DNA of 64,000 nucleotides from Microgenomates group bacterium (GCA_041659805.1 JBAZXP010000001.1:800141-864140), one strand, 5' to 3'; counted from the stretch's first letter, positions 37,602 through 48,263 are shown. Made by a program: numbers and translations. The notes: generated by a model not told the origin, from the sequence alone.

Positions 37602-38654
37602 TTGAGGGTGGAAAGTAAAATTTTACAAATTCATTCAGATTATCTTGAAAAAATTAAAGAAGCTAATTCTTTGGATATTTTAGATGAGATTTTTTTGGGA
37701 CTTTTTGGAAAAAGTGGGGAAATTACTCTAATTCCAAGAGACTTTGGTAAATTATCAAAAGAAGAAGTTAGTAAAATTGCTCCAATTTTTAATCAAATTA
37801 AAACTGAACTGGAGTCTGAAATCGGGAAGAGAAGAGAAGAAGTCAGAGAAGAAAAGTACAGTAAATTAGTAAATGACACTATAGATATTGCTCAAGAGGC
37901 ACAAATAAGCCTCCCAAAGGGTGCTATTCACCCTATAACCAAGCTTGAACACGAAGTAGTGGAACTATTCTCTCAACTGGGTTTTCAACAGTATCAAGCC
38001 CCTCATATTGATACAGATAATTATAATTTCGAGCTGCTGAATATCCCATCCGGTCACCCGGCCAGGGATCTTTGGGACACTCTTTATTTGGAAAATAAAT
38101 TTGATGATTTGGATATCGGAAAACTGCTACTCCGAACTCATACCTCTAACGCTCAGGTCAGACTTATGAGGGAACATGGTGTACCACTCCGCATGATGGT
38201 TATCGACCGTTGCTTCAGATATGAAAACCTGGATGCCAGACATGAACATACGATGGAACAATTTGAGATTGTTTATGTGGACAAGAATGTAAACATGGCT
38301 AACTTACAATATTTGTCTGAATATTTTTTAAAAGCTATTTTTGGTAAAGAAACTAAAGTACGCCTTCGACCAAAATATTATCCATTTGTGGAACCAGGGG
38401 CAGGTGTTGATGGCGAATGTTTATTTTGTAAAGGAGCAGGTTGTAAGGTTTGCTCAGGGACAGGCTGGTTGGAGCTGGCAGGAGCAGGAATGATCCACCC
38501 ACAAGTACTGCGAAATGGGGGAATTGATCCAAACGAATATTCAGGTATCGCCTGGGGGTTTGGACCAGAAAGAATGGCGATGTTAAAATATGGAATTTCT
38601 GACATCAGGGTATTTAAAAGTGGAGATTTAAAAGCTTTGGGAGGAATCAAATGA
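37602..38654 (+). CDS. pheS: Phenylalanine--tRNA ligase alpha subunit (non-ATG start, TTG or GTG)
   Basis: GHPARDLWDTLYL, class II motifs, and a C4 zinc knuckle CLFCKGAGCKVCSGTGW as in Bacillus-type PheS. Confidence 0.9.
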   Translation: MRVESKILQIHSDYLEKIKEANSLDILDEIFLGLFGKSGEITLIPRDFGKLSKEEVSKIAPIFNQIKTELESEIGKRREEVREEKYSKLVNDTIDIAQEAQISLPKGAIHPITKLEHEVVELFSQLGFQQYQAPHIDTDNYNFELLNIPSGHPARDLWDTLYLENKFDDLDIGKLLLRTHTSNAQVRLMREHGVPLRMMVIDRCFRYENLDARHEHTMEQFEIVYVDKNVNMANLQYLSEYFLKAIFGKETKVRLRPKYYPFVEPGAGVDGECLFCKGAGCKVCSGTGWLELAGAGMIHPQVLRNGGIDPNEYSGIAWGFGPERMAMLKYGISDIRVFKSGDLKALGGIK

Positions 38655-40333
38655 TAGTTTCAAAAACCTGGCTAAAAGAACTGGTTAAGTTAAAAGTTCC
38701 TGTTGAGAAAGTAATAGAGCTTTTACCCTTACGCACAATCGGCGTTAAAGAAGACACAGAAAAATATTTTGAGCTAGATATGAAGGGTTATAACCGGGCA
38801 GATCTTTTATCTTTAAGGGGAGTAGCCTATGAAATTGCAGCTATCACAAATTCTGAAGTTAAGTTTAAAGAACCAGATCCAAATGAATTTATTTGGGAAG
38901 ATAAAAAATTACCTCTGACATCAGTGGCAGTAGAGGATGATCTACTTTGTCCTGTATATTGTATTGCCAAAATCAGTGGTCTTAAAGTTGGCCCATCCCC
39001 AAAAAATTGGGTAGAAAAATTAGAAGAATCTGGAATGAGATCTGTAAATAATATAGCTGATGTAACTAATTTAATTATGTTGGAATATGGTCAACCACAA
39101 CACGCTTTTGATGTAAGCGAAATTAAAGATGAAACTTTGATTGTCAGAAATGCCGGAAACAACGAAAAATTAGTAACTTTAGATAACAAGGAAAGAACAT
39201 TGGTACCCGTTGATTTGGTTATTTCAGATTCAGAAAAAGCTGTAGGACTGGCAGGTGTCATGGGTGGAAAAAATAGTGAAGTTACTGGTAAAACGACAAC
39301 CATTTTACTGGAAGCTGCTATTTTTGATGCTAAAGTACTCAGGGCAACCGCATCCAGATTAAATCTTCCCAGTGAGGCAAGTAAAAGATTTCAACATGGT
39401 TTAACACCAACCAGGCTTTTACAATCTCTTGATGCTGCAATCAGGATGTTCGAAGAACTTGGCGGAAAACTGGAATCAATAAATATAACAGGTGATTTTA
39501 GTGGAAAAGTTACAGAAGTGTTAGTATCGCAGAATAAAATTTCTTCTTTAATTGGGGTTGAAGTTAAGCCTAGTTTTGTTAAAGAATCTTTGGAAAAACT
39601 GGCCTTCAAGACAAAATTAACAAATGATGAATGGGAGATTATACCCCCATACTGGAGATTGGATATTAATTCTGCAGAAGATGTAATTGAAGAAGTTGCC
39701 AGGCTTTATGGATATGAAACTCTGCCTGCAAAAAAGCTAGAAGGTAATAAACCCAAAAAAATTGATCAAACACAATTTGAATTTATTTATAAATTAAAAG
39801 AGGTTTTGGTAGAAGCTGGCTTTTCTGAAATTCAAACCTATTCCTTTTTTTCAACAAAAGTAATAGAAAACTGTGGCTTTCAAACCAAAAACTTACTTAA
39901 AATTGCTAACCCAATGTCCAAAGAAACCGAATATATGAGAAGGCAGCTTTGGCCAAATTTGGTGGAAAAAGTTGCAGATAATTTGAAGAATTTTAAAACT
40001 GTAGCTTTATTTGAAATCGGAAAAGTATACAAATATGATGAAAATAATTTACCGAAAGAAAAGCTTTGTCTTTCTATTGCTCTTTCTGATAATAGTGATG
40101 ATACAATCTGTAAACTCCACACATTATTTAAAAAGATGAGCCAACAGTTAAATTTGGATATCGCACTTGACCAAGTAGAAGGAAACGAATTTTTCCATCC
40201 AGTCAGAAACTATAAATTAAAAAACCGAAAAGGCGAAAAAATAGGGAAAATCGCGGAGGTTCATCCAAGGATTGTCAATAAATTTGGGGTAGAAAATAGG
40301 ATTGCTATTTTATCGATTAATCTTTTCTCTTGA
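38651..40333 (+). CDS. pheT: Phenylalanine--tRNA ligase beta subunit, short form (560 aa)
   Basis: B3/B4 domain LRTIGVKEDTEKYFELDMKGYNRADLLSLRGVAYEIAAI. It overlaps the pheS stop. Confidence 0.85.
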   Translation: MIVSKTWLKELVKLKVPVEKVIELLPLRTIGVKEDTEKYFELDMKGYNRADLLSLRGVAYEIAAITNSEVKFKEPDPNEFIWEDKKLPLTSVAVEDDLLCPVYCIAKISGLKVGPSPKNWVEKLEESGMRSVNNIADVTNLIMLEYGQPQHAFDVSEIKDETLIVRNAGNNEKLVTLDNKERTLVPVDLVISDSEKAVGLAGVMGGKNSEVTGKTTTILLEAAIFDAKVLRATASRLNLPSEASKRFQHGLTPTRLLQSLDAAIRMFEELGGKLESINITGDFSGKVTEVLVSQNKISSLIGVEVKPSFVKESLEKLAFKTKLTNDEWEIIPPYWRLDINSAEDVIEEVARLYGYETLPAKKLEGNKPKKIDQTQFEFIYKLKEVLVEAGFSEIQTYSFFSTKVIENCGFQTKNLLKIANPMSKETEYMRRQLWPNLVEKVADNLKNFKTVALFEIGKVYKYDENNLPKEKLCLSIALSDNSDDTICKLHTLFKKMSQQLNLDIALDQVEGNEFFHPVRNYKLKNRKGEKIGKIAEVHPRIVNKFGVENRIAILSINLFS

Positions 40334-40822
40334 AAGATTGCCTCTGACCAAAAACTTTTCAGACATATCCATCATAGCAGTTCTTGCAAAAAAGAAAGCA
40401 TAGTTTCTAACAAGGGATCCAGGTTCACCTATAGAACCTGACAGAACCCCAAAACGCTCTACAACAGACATATAGTCAGATTTATAAGGAATATCGACGA
40501 TCGGAATAGCTCTTCTGTTTTCTAATGCGTCTGCTCCAATATAGGTATAATCTTTGACACCTTGGTGTCTTATGCTTTGAATAAAATCATTAATAGTTTT
40601 GCAATCCAAAATCGGATTAATGTCATGGGCTTTAACCTCCATTGCAAAATCTACTACAGGAATAGGCTCTAAAATAATTGGTCTTACACGGGATTCTTGT
40701 TTTAATAACCTGTAGGTATTTCTAAGCTGTCTGATTTCGCTCTTTTTTTTCTCATCACCTGTGGCATTCGATAGCTCTGTTCTAATGTGTTTTCTTAAAC
40801 CCTTTGATATGCGTTCATTCAT
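40310..40822 (-). CDS. Hypothetical protein (170 aa)
   Basis: ORF only. Convergent with pheT, 24-nt overlap. Confidence 0.4.
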   Translation of the reverse strand: MNERISKGLRKHIRTELSNATGDEKKKSEIRQLRNTYRLLKQESRVRPIILEPIPVVDFAMEVKAHDINPILDCKTINDFIQSIRHQGVKDYTYIGADALENRRAIPIVDIPYKSDYMSVVERFGVLSGSIGEPGSLVRNYAFFFARTAMMDMSEKFLVRGNLSREKINR

Positions 40823-40877
40823 ATTTTAGAGGCAGTGTCAGGATAATAACAAACAAAAACAAAAAGATCAACAATCC

Positions 40878-43406
40878 TTACATATTAACTGTCACACCAA
40901 TTGAGTTGGAAAAAATTCCACCGTTATTATCTTCCAAAGTCACAGTTATAGTATGAGACCCCTTATCTCCATTTGGGAATTCAACATGAAGAGCAAAAGG
41001 CTCAGAAGTTTGAGTTGATTTGGTGCCTCCGTCAATTAACCAGGTTATTTTCTTTACCCCAGCAGGCGAATTTGCTTTGGCAAGAACATCAAAAACTCTT
41101 GGTACATTGGCACCATTTCCGACATTTACTATAGAAATAATTCCTGATCCAGACGGACCGGATGAAAATCCGGGAATATTAGAGCAACCCCGCGCTATCC
41201 CTACAAATCTGGCATCAGGTGCAGTTAAAACCCAATTATCTATGGCTGCTTGCCATTTATTAGCACCAGTCGGATCATTTTCATTAAGCAAAATTACATC
41301 CTTTTCTTCTGTATCTTCACCATCATTGCCGATTCTGTGTGGATTAGTTTTACATACCTTTTGTCGTTGATAAGCACTGGAAACATTTCCAGGCTCGGTA
41401 CCTTTTACATAGTATTCACGGCGAACAGGTGAACCATCTTTGGTTTTTCCGCCCATTAGACCATCAATTTCCATATAAGAAACATCATTAGGCTGATCCT
41501 GTTTTTCATCCTGTTTACCCTTAAGAACTAAGGTCATGATTTTTTGCCAAATCGGAGATGCACCAGTTACTCCTGAGGCAACAACAGGATCCATTTTAGA
41601 ATTATCATTATTTCCAACCCAAACACCCACTGTATAAGAAGGGGTATAGCCGATTGTCCAATTATCCCGTTTTTCATCTGTGGTTCCTGTTTTAACAGAA
41701 ACTGTTTTACCGGAAATATTTAAATTGGAAACTGAGCCAAAGGCAGCGGTTCTTGCTCCGTTATCAGCCAAAATATTGGAAATAATAAAAGCAATTCCAG
41801 GTTCCAAAACCTTTGTTCCATCATCAGGTTTATATTCATATAAAACTTTTCCTTTATAATCAGTTACTTTTAAGATTGAAACAGGTTCATGTTTTACTCC
41901 CTGGTTGCCGAAAACCCCGTAAGCAGAGGTTAAATCCAAAAGACGAACCTCACGTCCTCCTAAAGTTAAGGACAAACCGGCATTTAATACATTCTCTTCT
42001 GTTGGCTCCCAAGTAGTTAAGCCCATTCGGTAACCTAAATCCATTACATTTTTAACACCAGCTAAAGCTGTCATCTTTACTGCCGGAATATTATAGGAAT
42101 TGCCCAAAGCATATCTGACCTGCACCGGTCCATGGAATTGTCCGTCATAATTAAGTGGAATATAGGCTGCTCTGTTGGCACCACCAGGAAATTCAGTCTT
42201 AACATCCATTAAAACAGAAGCTGCGGTATATCCTTTTTGCATGCCTGCAGAATAGGTAATCGGCTTGGTGGCAGAACCAGGTTGTCTGGGAGCAAGTGCT
42301 ACATTTACATTGCCGTCATAGTCTGTGGCAAAATAATCTTTTGAACCGATCATAGCTAAAATTTTTCCTGTTTTTGGTTCAAGCACGACTGCGGCGCCAT
42401 TTCCGACTTTAGCTCCTTTTAATTTATCAACTTCTGTTTTAACTATTGCCTGAGCATCCTCCTGTAACTTGTTGTCTAAAGTGGTTGTGACTTGTAATCC
42501 TCCTTGCTCAACCATCTTGTCGCCAAATTGCTCAATAAGTTTTTCTTTTACATACAGAACAAAGTGTGGTGCCTTAAAACCTATTTCTTTTTGTGCTGTT
42601 CTGTAGGTTAATTGTTCGTTTTTAGCTGCATCTGCTTGAGCCAAAGTAATATAACCATCACTAACCATTCTGCCTAGAACTTCTGCCTGACGAGTTTTAG
42701 CCAATTCAGGGTGTGAGCCATAAGGAGAATAAACAGAAGGACGTTGTGGAAGCCCAGCCAAAAGAGAGCTTTCAGCTAAATTCAAATCTTTGGCATGTTT
42801 ACCAAAATAAAGATTAGCAGCAGATTCAATACCATAAGCAGTTCCGCCAAAAGGAATTTCATTCAAATACATTTCCAGAATCTGATCTTTTGTATAAACG
42901 CGCTCAACCTGAACAGCCAGAATAAATTCTTTAATCTTCCTGATAAAAGAAACTTCGTTGGAAAGAAGGGCATTTTTAACCAGTTGCTGTGTTAAGGTTG
43001 AACCTCCTCCTTCAATCTGACGATGGGCTACTATATCGAAAGCAGAACGGGCGATACCGATAGGAGAGAATCCTTGATGTTTGTAAAAGTCTTTATCCTC
43101 AATTGCTATTGTTGCTTGTTTTACAGAATCTGGAATTTCTGATAATTTTATTGAAGTGCGGTTCTGATTTTGAAAAATATCATATAATAACTCTCCTTTG
43201 CTATCATAGATTTTTGTGGATTGGGCAATCGTGCGATTAGTTAATTCTTCCGGTGAAGGAACCTGGGTTGAGAAATAAACTATGATGCCTATTAAGAGCA
43301 ATGTTCCGACCAAAAGTAGAGTTAGAACTGAGGTTGAAAATCTTGACAGTAGTTTAGTTTTATTAAAGGATCCTGTTGTATAACGTTGAATTCTTTTAAA
43401 AGCCAT
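40878..43406 (-). CDS. Class A penicillin-binding protein (bifunctional transglycosylase/transpeptidase) with a C-terminal beta-rich extension
   Basis: GT51 motifs IAIEDKDFYKHQGF and GGSTLTQQLVKN. Transpeptidase SxxK in PGSATKP. N-terminal TM anchor. Confidence 0.85.
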   Translation of the reverse strand: MAFKRIQRYTTGSFNKTKLLSRFSTSVLTLLLVGTLLLIGIIVYFSTQVPSPEELTNRTIAQSTKIYDSKGELLYDIFQNQNRTSIKLSEIPDSVKQATIAIEDKDFYKHQGFSPIGIARSAFDIVAHRQIEGGGSTLTQQLVKNALLSNEVSFIRKIKEFILAVQVERVYTKDQILEMYLNEIPFGGTAYGIESAANLYFGKHAKDLNLAESSLLAGLPQRPSVYSPYGSHPELAKTRQAEVLGRMVSDGYITLAQADAAKNEQLTYRTAQKEIGFKAPHFVLYVKEKLIEQFGDKMVEQGGLQVTTTLDNKLQEDAQAIVKTEVDKLKGAKVGNGAAVVLEPKTGKILAMIGSKDYFATDYDGNVNVALAPRQPGSATKPITYSAGMQKGYTAASVLMDVKTEFPGGANRAAYIPLNYDGQFHGPVQVRYALGNSYNIPAVKMTALAGVKNVMDLGYRMGLTTWEPTEENVLNAGLSLTLGGREVRLLDLTSAYGVFGNQGVKHEPVSILKVTDYKGKVLYEYKPDDGTKVLEPGIAFIISNILADNGARTAAFGSVSNLNISGKTVSVKTGTTDEKRDNWTIGYTPSYTVGVWVGNNDNSKMDPVVASGVTGASPIWQKIMTLVLKGKQDEKQDQPNDVSYMEIDGLMGGKTKDGSPVRREYYVKGTEPGNVSSAYQRQKVCKTNPHRIGNDGEDTEEKDVILLNENDPTGANKWQAAIDNWVLTAPDARFVGIARGCSNIPGFSSGPSGSGIISIVNVGNGANVPRVFDVLAKANSPAGVKKITWLIDGGTKSTQTSEPFALHVEFPNGDKGSHTITVTLEDNNGGIFSNSIGVTVNM

Positions 43407-43460
43407 AATGATATTATACCAATTGCTAGAGTCAAGCTCAACTTGTTATAATACACGTAA

Positions 43461-43533
43461 CCATGGGTGGCCGACCGGTTGAGGCGACAGTCTGTAAAAC
43501 TGTTTTAAGTAGGTTCGACTCCTACCCCATGGA
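43461..43533 (+). tRNA. tRNA-Tyr (anticodon GUA) of archaeal/eukaryal type: C1:G72 pair and a short 5-nt variable loop
   Basis: Acceptor CCAUGGG/CCCAUGG, perfect. Anticodon stem ACAGU/ACUGU, loop CUGUAAA. T-arm GUAGG-UUCGACU-CCUAC. Discriminator A. Confidence 0.7.
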
Positions 43534-43580
43534 CAAGACGAGTTTGCTTTATACCCCTAAACAGCCTATAATATACGGCT

Positions 43581-44777
43581 GTGGAAAGATTAATTAACGA
43601 ACAGCCATATATATACATAACCCTTCCTGCCAAAAAAGTTCTGTTATTTGCAGAACTCGAAACAGGTGAATCTTTGTTGTTCCCGTCTCCAAAATTAAAA
43701 CATTGTCCGGAAATTCAAAGGAATCAAATTTTTTCAGATAGAGTTAACCTTATTCCCAATCATTACTCAAATGCACGAAATAATCCGGCACATCTTTTAA
43801 TAAGCGTTTCAACGAACTTTTACCGGGGAAAAATTAATGTTTCAGATGTTTCAACTTCAAATATAGGTCTAGCTAAAGAAGCTTTAATCTCAGCACTTGC
43901 AGAAACTGATGATATAAATTCGTGTGATGAATCAATTATCTCTGTTGTAGAAGAAATCCGTTCACAGACATTACCAGCTTTCAGATATAATCCCTATGTA
44001 TTAACTGAGAGTATTTTAGGTTGGATAAGAAGCAATATTAAATACTCGCCTTATTGCAAAAGTGCTATAGAAAAACTGGCAAAAACCGTTATGAGTTCAC
44101 CATTAAAAGACAGATCCAATCTTTATAAGTTACTTCACTCAAGTATAAGTATCAAGGATGATATTTTGGATAATATATTAAAAGAAAGTGCTGCACAGGT
44201 ACAATTACCAACCTCATTCAAAGAAGCTTCCCCGGAAGAGGCGGCTCAAGAATTAATGAGTCAATCAGCCGAATACGAAGATATCCTTAGTTTATTGTGG
44301 TGGGACAAAGGAGCTGTGTCTGCAAAGAGAACTTTAGAGGAAAAATCAGGCAAATGTGTAAACATATCAAATCTGGCTGTTGCGCTGAGCAGGAGTTTAG
44401 GAATTCCAAGCACAACTCTCTCAGGATATTATAAAGACTCCCGACAAAAGGGCGAACACCGTTGGGCAAGATCATACATTCCCCCTTACGGATGGGTTGA
44501 ATTTGATCCGACTAACGATAATATACCTACCGATTTTGAATATGATAATTATGGGTATACACTATTTTATAGAACCAATGATTTAATTAAACCCAAATTA
44601 ACGGTAATAGAAGAAGGGGAATATATACCTTTTAAAACAAGAAAAGAGCTTCAGGAAATGCTAAAACGAGATAAAAATCTTTTTGAAAAAATTTTCCGAA
44701 GAGATAAACATAAAGATGTAATTGAATTATTACAGAACCTTCCAAGATATAAAGCAAAAAGTAACCCTATAGTTTGA
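43581..44777 (+). CDS. Transglutaminase-like cysteine protease domain protein
   Basis: Cys-His-Asp core: GKCVNISNLAVALSRSLGIP...EHRWARSYIPPYGWVEFDPTND. Confidence 0.55.
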   Translation: MERLINEQPYIYITLPAKKVLLFAELETGESLLFPSPKLKHCPEIQRNQIFSDRVNLIPNHYSNARNNPAHLLISVSTNFYRGKINVSDVSTSNIGLAKEALISALAETDDINSCDESIISVVEEIRSQTLPAFRYNPYVLTESILGWIRSNIKYSPYCKSAIEKLAKTVMSSPLKDRSNLYKLLHSSISIKDDILDNILKESAAQVQLPTSFKEASPEEAAQELMSQSAEYEDILSLLWWDKGAVSAKRTLEEKSGKCVNISNLAVALSRSLGIPSTTLSGYYKDSRQKGEHRWARSYIPPYGWVEFDPTNDNIPTDFEYDNYGYTLFYRTNDLIKPKLTVIEEGEYIPFKTRKELQEMLKRDKNLFEKIFRRDKHKDVIELLQNLPRYKAKSNPIV

Positions 44778-45691
44778 CTTTAAAGTCTTATAGTGTTAAG
44801 ATTCTTTCTCATATGAGCGGAAAAGAAACAGGATTATTATCATATCTCACCGGAGCAGATGTAATTAAAGAGCATCTGAAACAGGAAAAAGATGTTCTCA
44901 AAAAAGCAACAGGCCGCGATGATGCCCTTCCCTTAGAAGCAGGTTTAAAAACAGCAGCACAAATTTATTGGCAAAGACTGGATCTAATGGCAAAATATCC
45001 AGCAGTACTTGCTGTCAGATTAAGCGGACTGCCTGCAATGTGGGATTTTGCAGAAGCCTTAGTTGATGAGGTAAAGGATCCTTTTACAGGCGAGGCTATA
45101 CAACCTTTTGACGAAGAACTTGAAAAAGTAGCACTAATTGGGTTTAGTCTGTCCCGCCAATTTGCTGCTTACTCTGTAATACTTGGTGCCACTGCCGGGA
45201 CAAGCTTATTAAGACAGGAATACTTTAGTGCGAGCATTGGTGCTCTAGCTAGTTTAGCAACTGCTTTTACTTCTGGTTTATTCAATTACCAAGCACAGGA
45301 GTCACGACAGCTGCTATTACGAAAATGGAATTGGAGAGACATTTCTGATAAAGATAATTCGAAATTTGACTATTCTCCACCGGTTTTATTAACAAAGACA
45401 CGTTATCCCAATCTTTTTGTAAGACAAATGATCTATGGAACAAGAGAGCTCGATTCATTACCACCACACAAAACAACTAAAGTTGATAAACAAATAAATG
45501 AAATAAAACAGCTATTTTTCATGAAGGAACATGAAGGTCAAGAAATTCTTTGTGAAGCCTTGGGACACAATGAGTGCAAAAAAGATGATTGTCCTTTCTT
45601 TATCCCTACCGGCACACTCAATTTTCAAGGTTTAGAACTTCCTGCTTGTAAAGAACACAAATTTGTCTTCGCCAAACAAACTTCAGACTAA
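44774..45691 (+). CDS. Hypothetical protein (305 aa)
   Basis: ORF only. Confidence 0.4.
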   Translation: MTLKSYSVKILSHMSGKETGLLSYLTGADVIKEHLKQEKDVLKKATGRDDALPLEAGLKTAAQIYWQRLDLMAKYPAVLAVRLSGLPAMWDFAEALVDEVKDPFTGEAIQPFDEELEKVALIGFSLSRQFAAYSVILGATAGTSLLRQEYFSASIGALASLATAFTSGLFNYQAQESRQLLLRKWNWRDISDKDNSKFDYSPPVLLTKTRYPNLFVRQMIYGTRELDSLPPHKTTKVDKQINEIKQLFFMKEHEGQEILCEALGHNECKKDDCPFFIPTGTLNFQGLELPACKEHKFVFAKQTSD

Positions 45692-45748
45692 CCAACTTTG
45701 TAGGCACTGTTTTCACTTTTACATCAAAAATTATATAATGCATAGCTC

Positions 45749-46456
45749 ATGACTGAATTTGAACGTAAAATTATAGCTACTTTTGATCTTGACGGGCCCA
45801 AGATGTTCTATTCAACGATTATTCCACCCTCAAGAACTGCCAAGGAATTATTTCAGGGAGAATTAGAACTACCACCAAGGGGAATCTTGGTTCCGAGCAG
45901 ATTACCTCAAAGCGGTTTACAACATTATTTACTGGCATTAGGAACTTCTATTTTCCATCAGGTAAGGCCTGTTAACAAAGAAGCGGTTTTGAGTGTTTAC
46001 CGTTTAGTGCATATTGCACATAATACATATAAAAGAGAGGTCGAGTGCAATGTCCTCACAGCCAGAGAACAGGATCTTTGGCATGTAACAGAGAAGAAAC
46101 TACAAAAAGAGGGATTGATGGATATATTCAGGAATGTCCACCTTAATCCGGGCTACACTGCTGCCAGCTGGAAAGAAAATAAAATAGAATCCATGATAAA
46201 TTCCAACCCCAATTTGGCCAAGACATCTTATGTTCACTTTGATGACGATCTAAGGGCTGGTCTTTCTATTGCCAGAATAAATGACCGTTTCCACGGTGAG
46301 TGGAAGGTGATTGCCTATGTTTTCCGCAACTTGTCAAACTCTGAATATTTACTTAAAAGGGGTAAGCCTCCGGAAATGAGAAATTTAATATTTGTAGACA
46401 GCTTTGATGAAGCGCTTCATGATATTTGGCAAAAAATACATGAAGAAAAGATTTGA
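45749..46456 (+). CDS. Hypothetical protein (235 aa)
   Basis: ORF only. Confidence 0.4.
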   Translation: MTEFERKIIATFDLDGPKMFYSTIIPPSRTAKELFQGELELPPRGILVPSRLPQSGLQHYLLALGTSIFHQVRPVNKEAVLSVYRLVHIAHNTYKREVECNVLTAREQDLWHVTEKKLQKEGLMDIFRNVHLNPGYTAASWKENKIESMINSNPNLAKTSYVHFDDDLRAGLSIARINDRFHGEWKVIAYVFRNLSNSEYLLKRGKPPEMRNLIFVDSFDEALHDIWQKIHEEKI

Positions 46457-46494
46457 AATAGGTCTTGCCAATTAGTGTATAATAAATTTTAGAG

Positions 46495-47067
46495 ATGAAA
46501 TTAAATACCCAAAAAACCCTAGAGCAATTAAAACCAGTCTTAATTAGCTCTAAATCCGAAGGTCCAGATCCTGTATATTTTGTTTTTCAAGAAATTAAAG
46601 ATAAAAAGTGGTCGAACATTACAATTATTCAAAACGGGAAAATCGGAATTGAGTACCCAAAAACTTTTGGTCATTATCATTCTGTAAATGTGAATGAAAC
46701 ATACCATGTCGTAGCAGGTAAAGGAGTCTTACAGTTGATGAAAAAACATATGGAAGGAGATAAATGGGATCCATCTAAAGTTGATGAGGTTTATTTGGTC
46801 AGAATCAAAGAGGGTGATGATGTTATTATTACTCCAGAATATGGTCACGGTTTATCTAACACAGGCGATTTCCCTTTAATTACTTTTGACAACTGGACTG
46901 TAGGTCACCCAGCTTCGGATTATGAAGAGATAGAAAAGCATCATGGATTAGCATATTACTTAACAGAAGAAAATGGTAAACCAAAAGCAATTCCAAACCC
47001 AAATTATAGATATTCACCAGAGCCAATTTGGATAACTGCAGAAGAATTTGCAAATCTTAAATCTTAA
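46495..47067 (+). CDS. Cupin-type (archaeal-type) glucose-6-phosphate isomerase
   Basis: About 190 aa, as in Pyrococcus cPGI. Metal-binding motif TFGHYHS...ETYHVVAGKGVLQL and a later GH in PEYGHGLSNTG. Confidence 0.5.
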   Translation: MKLNTQKTLEQLKPVLISSKSEGPDPVYFVFQEIKDKKWSNITIIQNGKIGIEYPKTFGHYHSVNVNETYHVVAGKGVLQLMKKHMEGDKWDPSKVDEVYLVRIKEGDDVIITPEYGHGLSNTGDFPLITFDNWTVGHPASDYEEIEKHHGLAYYLTEENGKPKAIPNPNYRYSPEPIWITAEEFANLKS

Positions 47068-47076
47068 ATCTTAAAT

Positions 47077-47487
47077 CTATCTTACTCTGTGTCTTCTTTT
47101 AACCTTAAGTTGTGCTATTGCCTTTTCTAGTGCAGCAGTAGTTGTGGCAAGCTCTTCATCTGATAATTTTTGCTCCAAAGCGGCAGTCGCTCTTTTTCTG
47201 GCTTCTTCTGCTGATTTTTCATCAATTTCCTCAGCCTTTTCTGCCATATCTGTCGTTATAATCACATTATTATTGGCAACCTGCAGCAGACCAAATCCCA
47301 CTGCCATAATAATTTCCTTATTCCCTTGAGTAACTCTAACTTCACCAGGTAAAACCTGAGTCATTAAACTAATATGTTCTGGTAAAATCCCAATTTCACC
47401 ACTATCTGTGGTTGCTACAACTTCTGATACTTCATCATCAAAAATATCTTTTTCAGGAGTCACAATTTTTAAATGTAGTTTACTCAT
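47077..47487 (-). CDS. atpC: F1Fo ATP synthase epsilon subunit, located 5.6 kb away from the rest of the atp operon
   Basis: MSKLHLKIVTPEKDIFDDEV...GILPEH...AALEKAIAQLKV matches F1 epsilon. Confidence 0.8.
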   Translation of the reverse strand: MSKLHLKIVTPEKDIFDDEVSEVVATTDSGEIGILPEHISLMTQVLPGEVRVTQGNKEIIMAVGFGLLQVANNNVIITTDMAEKAEEIDEKSAEEARKRATAALEQKLSDEELATTTAALEKAIAQLKVKRRHRVR

Positions 47488-47517
47488 ACCAGATGATTTT
47501 AACACAAAGAAGGGGAG

Positions 47518-48207
47518 TTAAGGAATAAGAATTTCTACTTTTTTACAATCTGGTTTTAATTTTTCAACAACCTCTGCATTATAATTAATTCTCTTGTCTA
47601 AAAGAATGCCACCAATCATTTCAAGCAACCAATCATCATTTCTGAACCTACTCCCATCAAATGCCCGTTCTGTAAGACCTATAAAAGGATTCCATCTTAA
47701 AGCCTCTTCTTCATGCTCTCCAGGCAATCTAAAATGCTTACCACCTAAAATTTCCATAAAAGCCTTAATACCATCAGCACCTATACTCCCAATCCTTTCC
47801 ATTAATTCAAACGGCAATGAACAACTATGAATGGCTGATTCTAGCAAACCATTCTTCCATAAACCAAACTGCCCGCATCCTTCTCCATGATGGACAGCGC
47901 CGTGCGTACCAGGAGTAAAACCCAATCTCCTTAGATCTTCAGCTGCATGCATAAAACCATTCCAATCACCACCTGTTTTCAGTGCACAAATTGCATTTAC
48001 ACCACCAAAAATAGCTGGACCATACTTTTTACGATTAGGAAGTATGCCAAATCTGCCGTCGCCGCATTCTGCAGCTGCACCTTCATCTGTGGGAACAAGA
48101 TCAACATTCGATACCTTAACTTGCTCAGTTTTCCACCCACGCTCAGCAAGAACGTCGCCGATAATAAAAGGATCAAAACCAGGACTTTTAATTAATTCTA
48201 TTGCCAT
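47518..48207 (-). CDS. Hypothetical protein (229 aa)
   Basis: ORF only, GHGAVHHGEGCGQFG segment. Confidence 0.4.
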   Translation of the reverse strand: MAIELIKSPGFDPFIIGDVLAERGWKTEQVKVSNVDLVPTDEGAAAECGDGRFGILPNRKKYGPAIFGGVNAICALKTGGDWNGFMHAAEDLRRLGFTPGTHGAVHHGEGCGQFGLWKNGLLESAIHSCSLPFELMERIGSIGADGIKAFMEILGGKHFRLPGEHEEEALRWNPFIGLTERAFDGSRFRNDDWLLEMIGGILLDKRINYNAEVVEKLKPDCKKVEILIP

Positions 48208-48263
48208 ATATTTTAAAAATTAATATCCCATAGTGGGACCACAAATATGAATTGTAGCACCTT

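Noticed and set aside
38390-38460. C4 zinc knuckle insertion in PheS (CLFCKGAGCKVCSGTG)
   Set aside because: The same Zn-binding insertion is a known feature of many bacterial PheS proteins, for example the Bacillus type, so it is not novel.
47043-47075. aatcttaa tandem repeats (about 4 copies)
   Set aside because: They span the stop codon of the cPGI gene and the 3' UTR. They are too short to assign a function.
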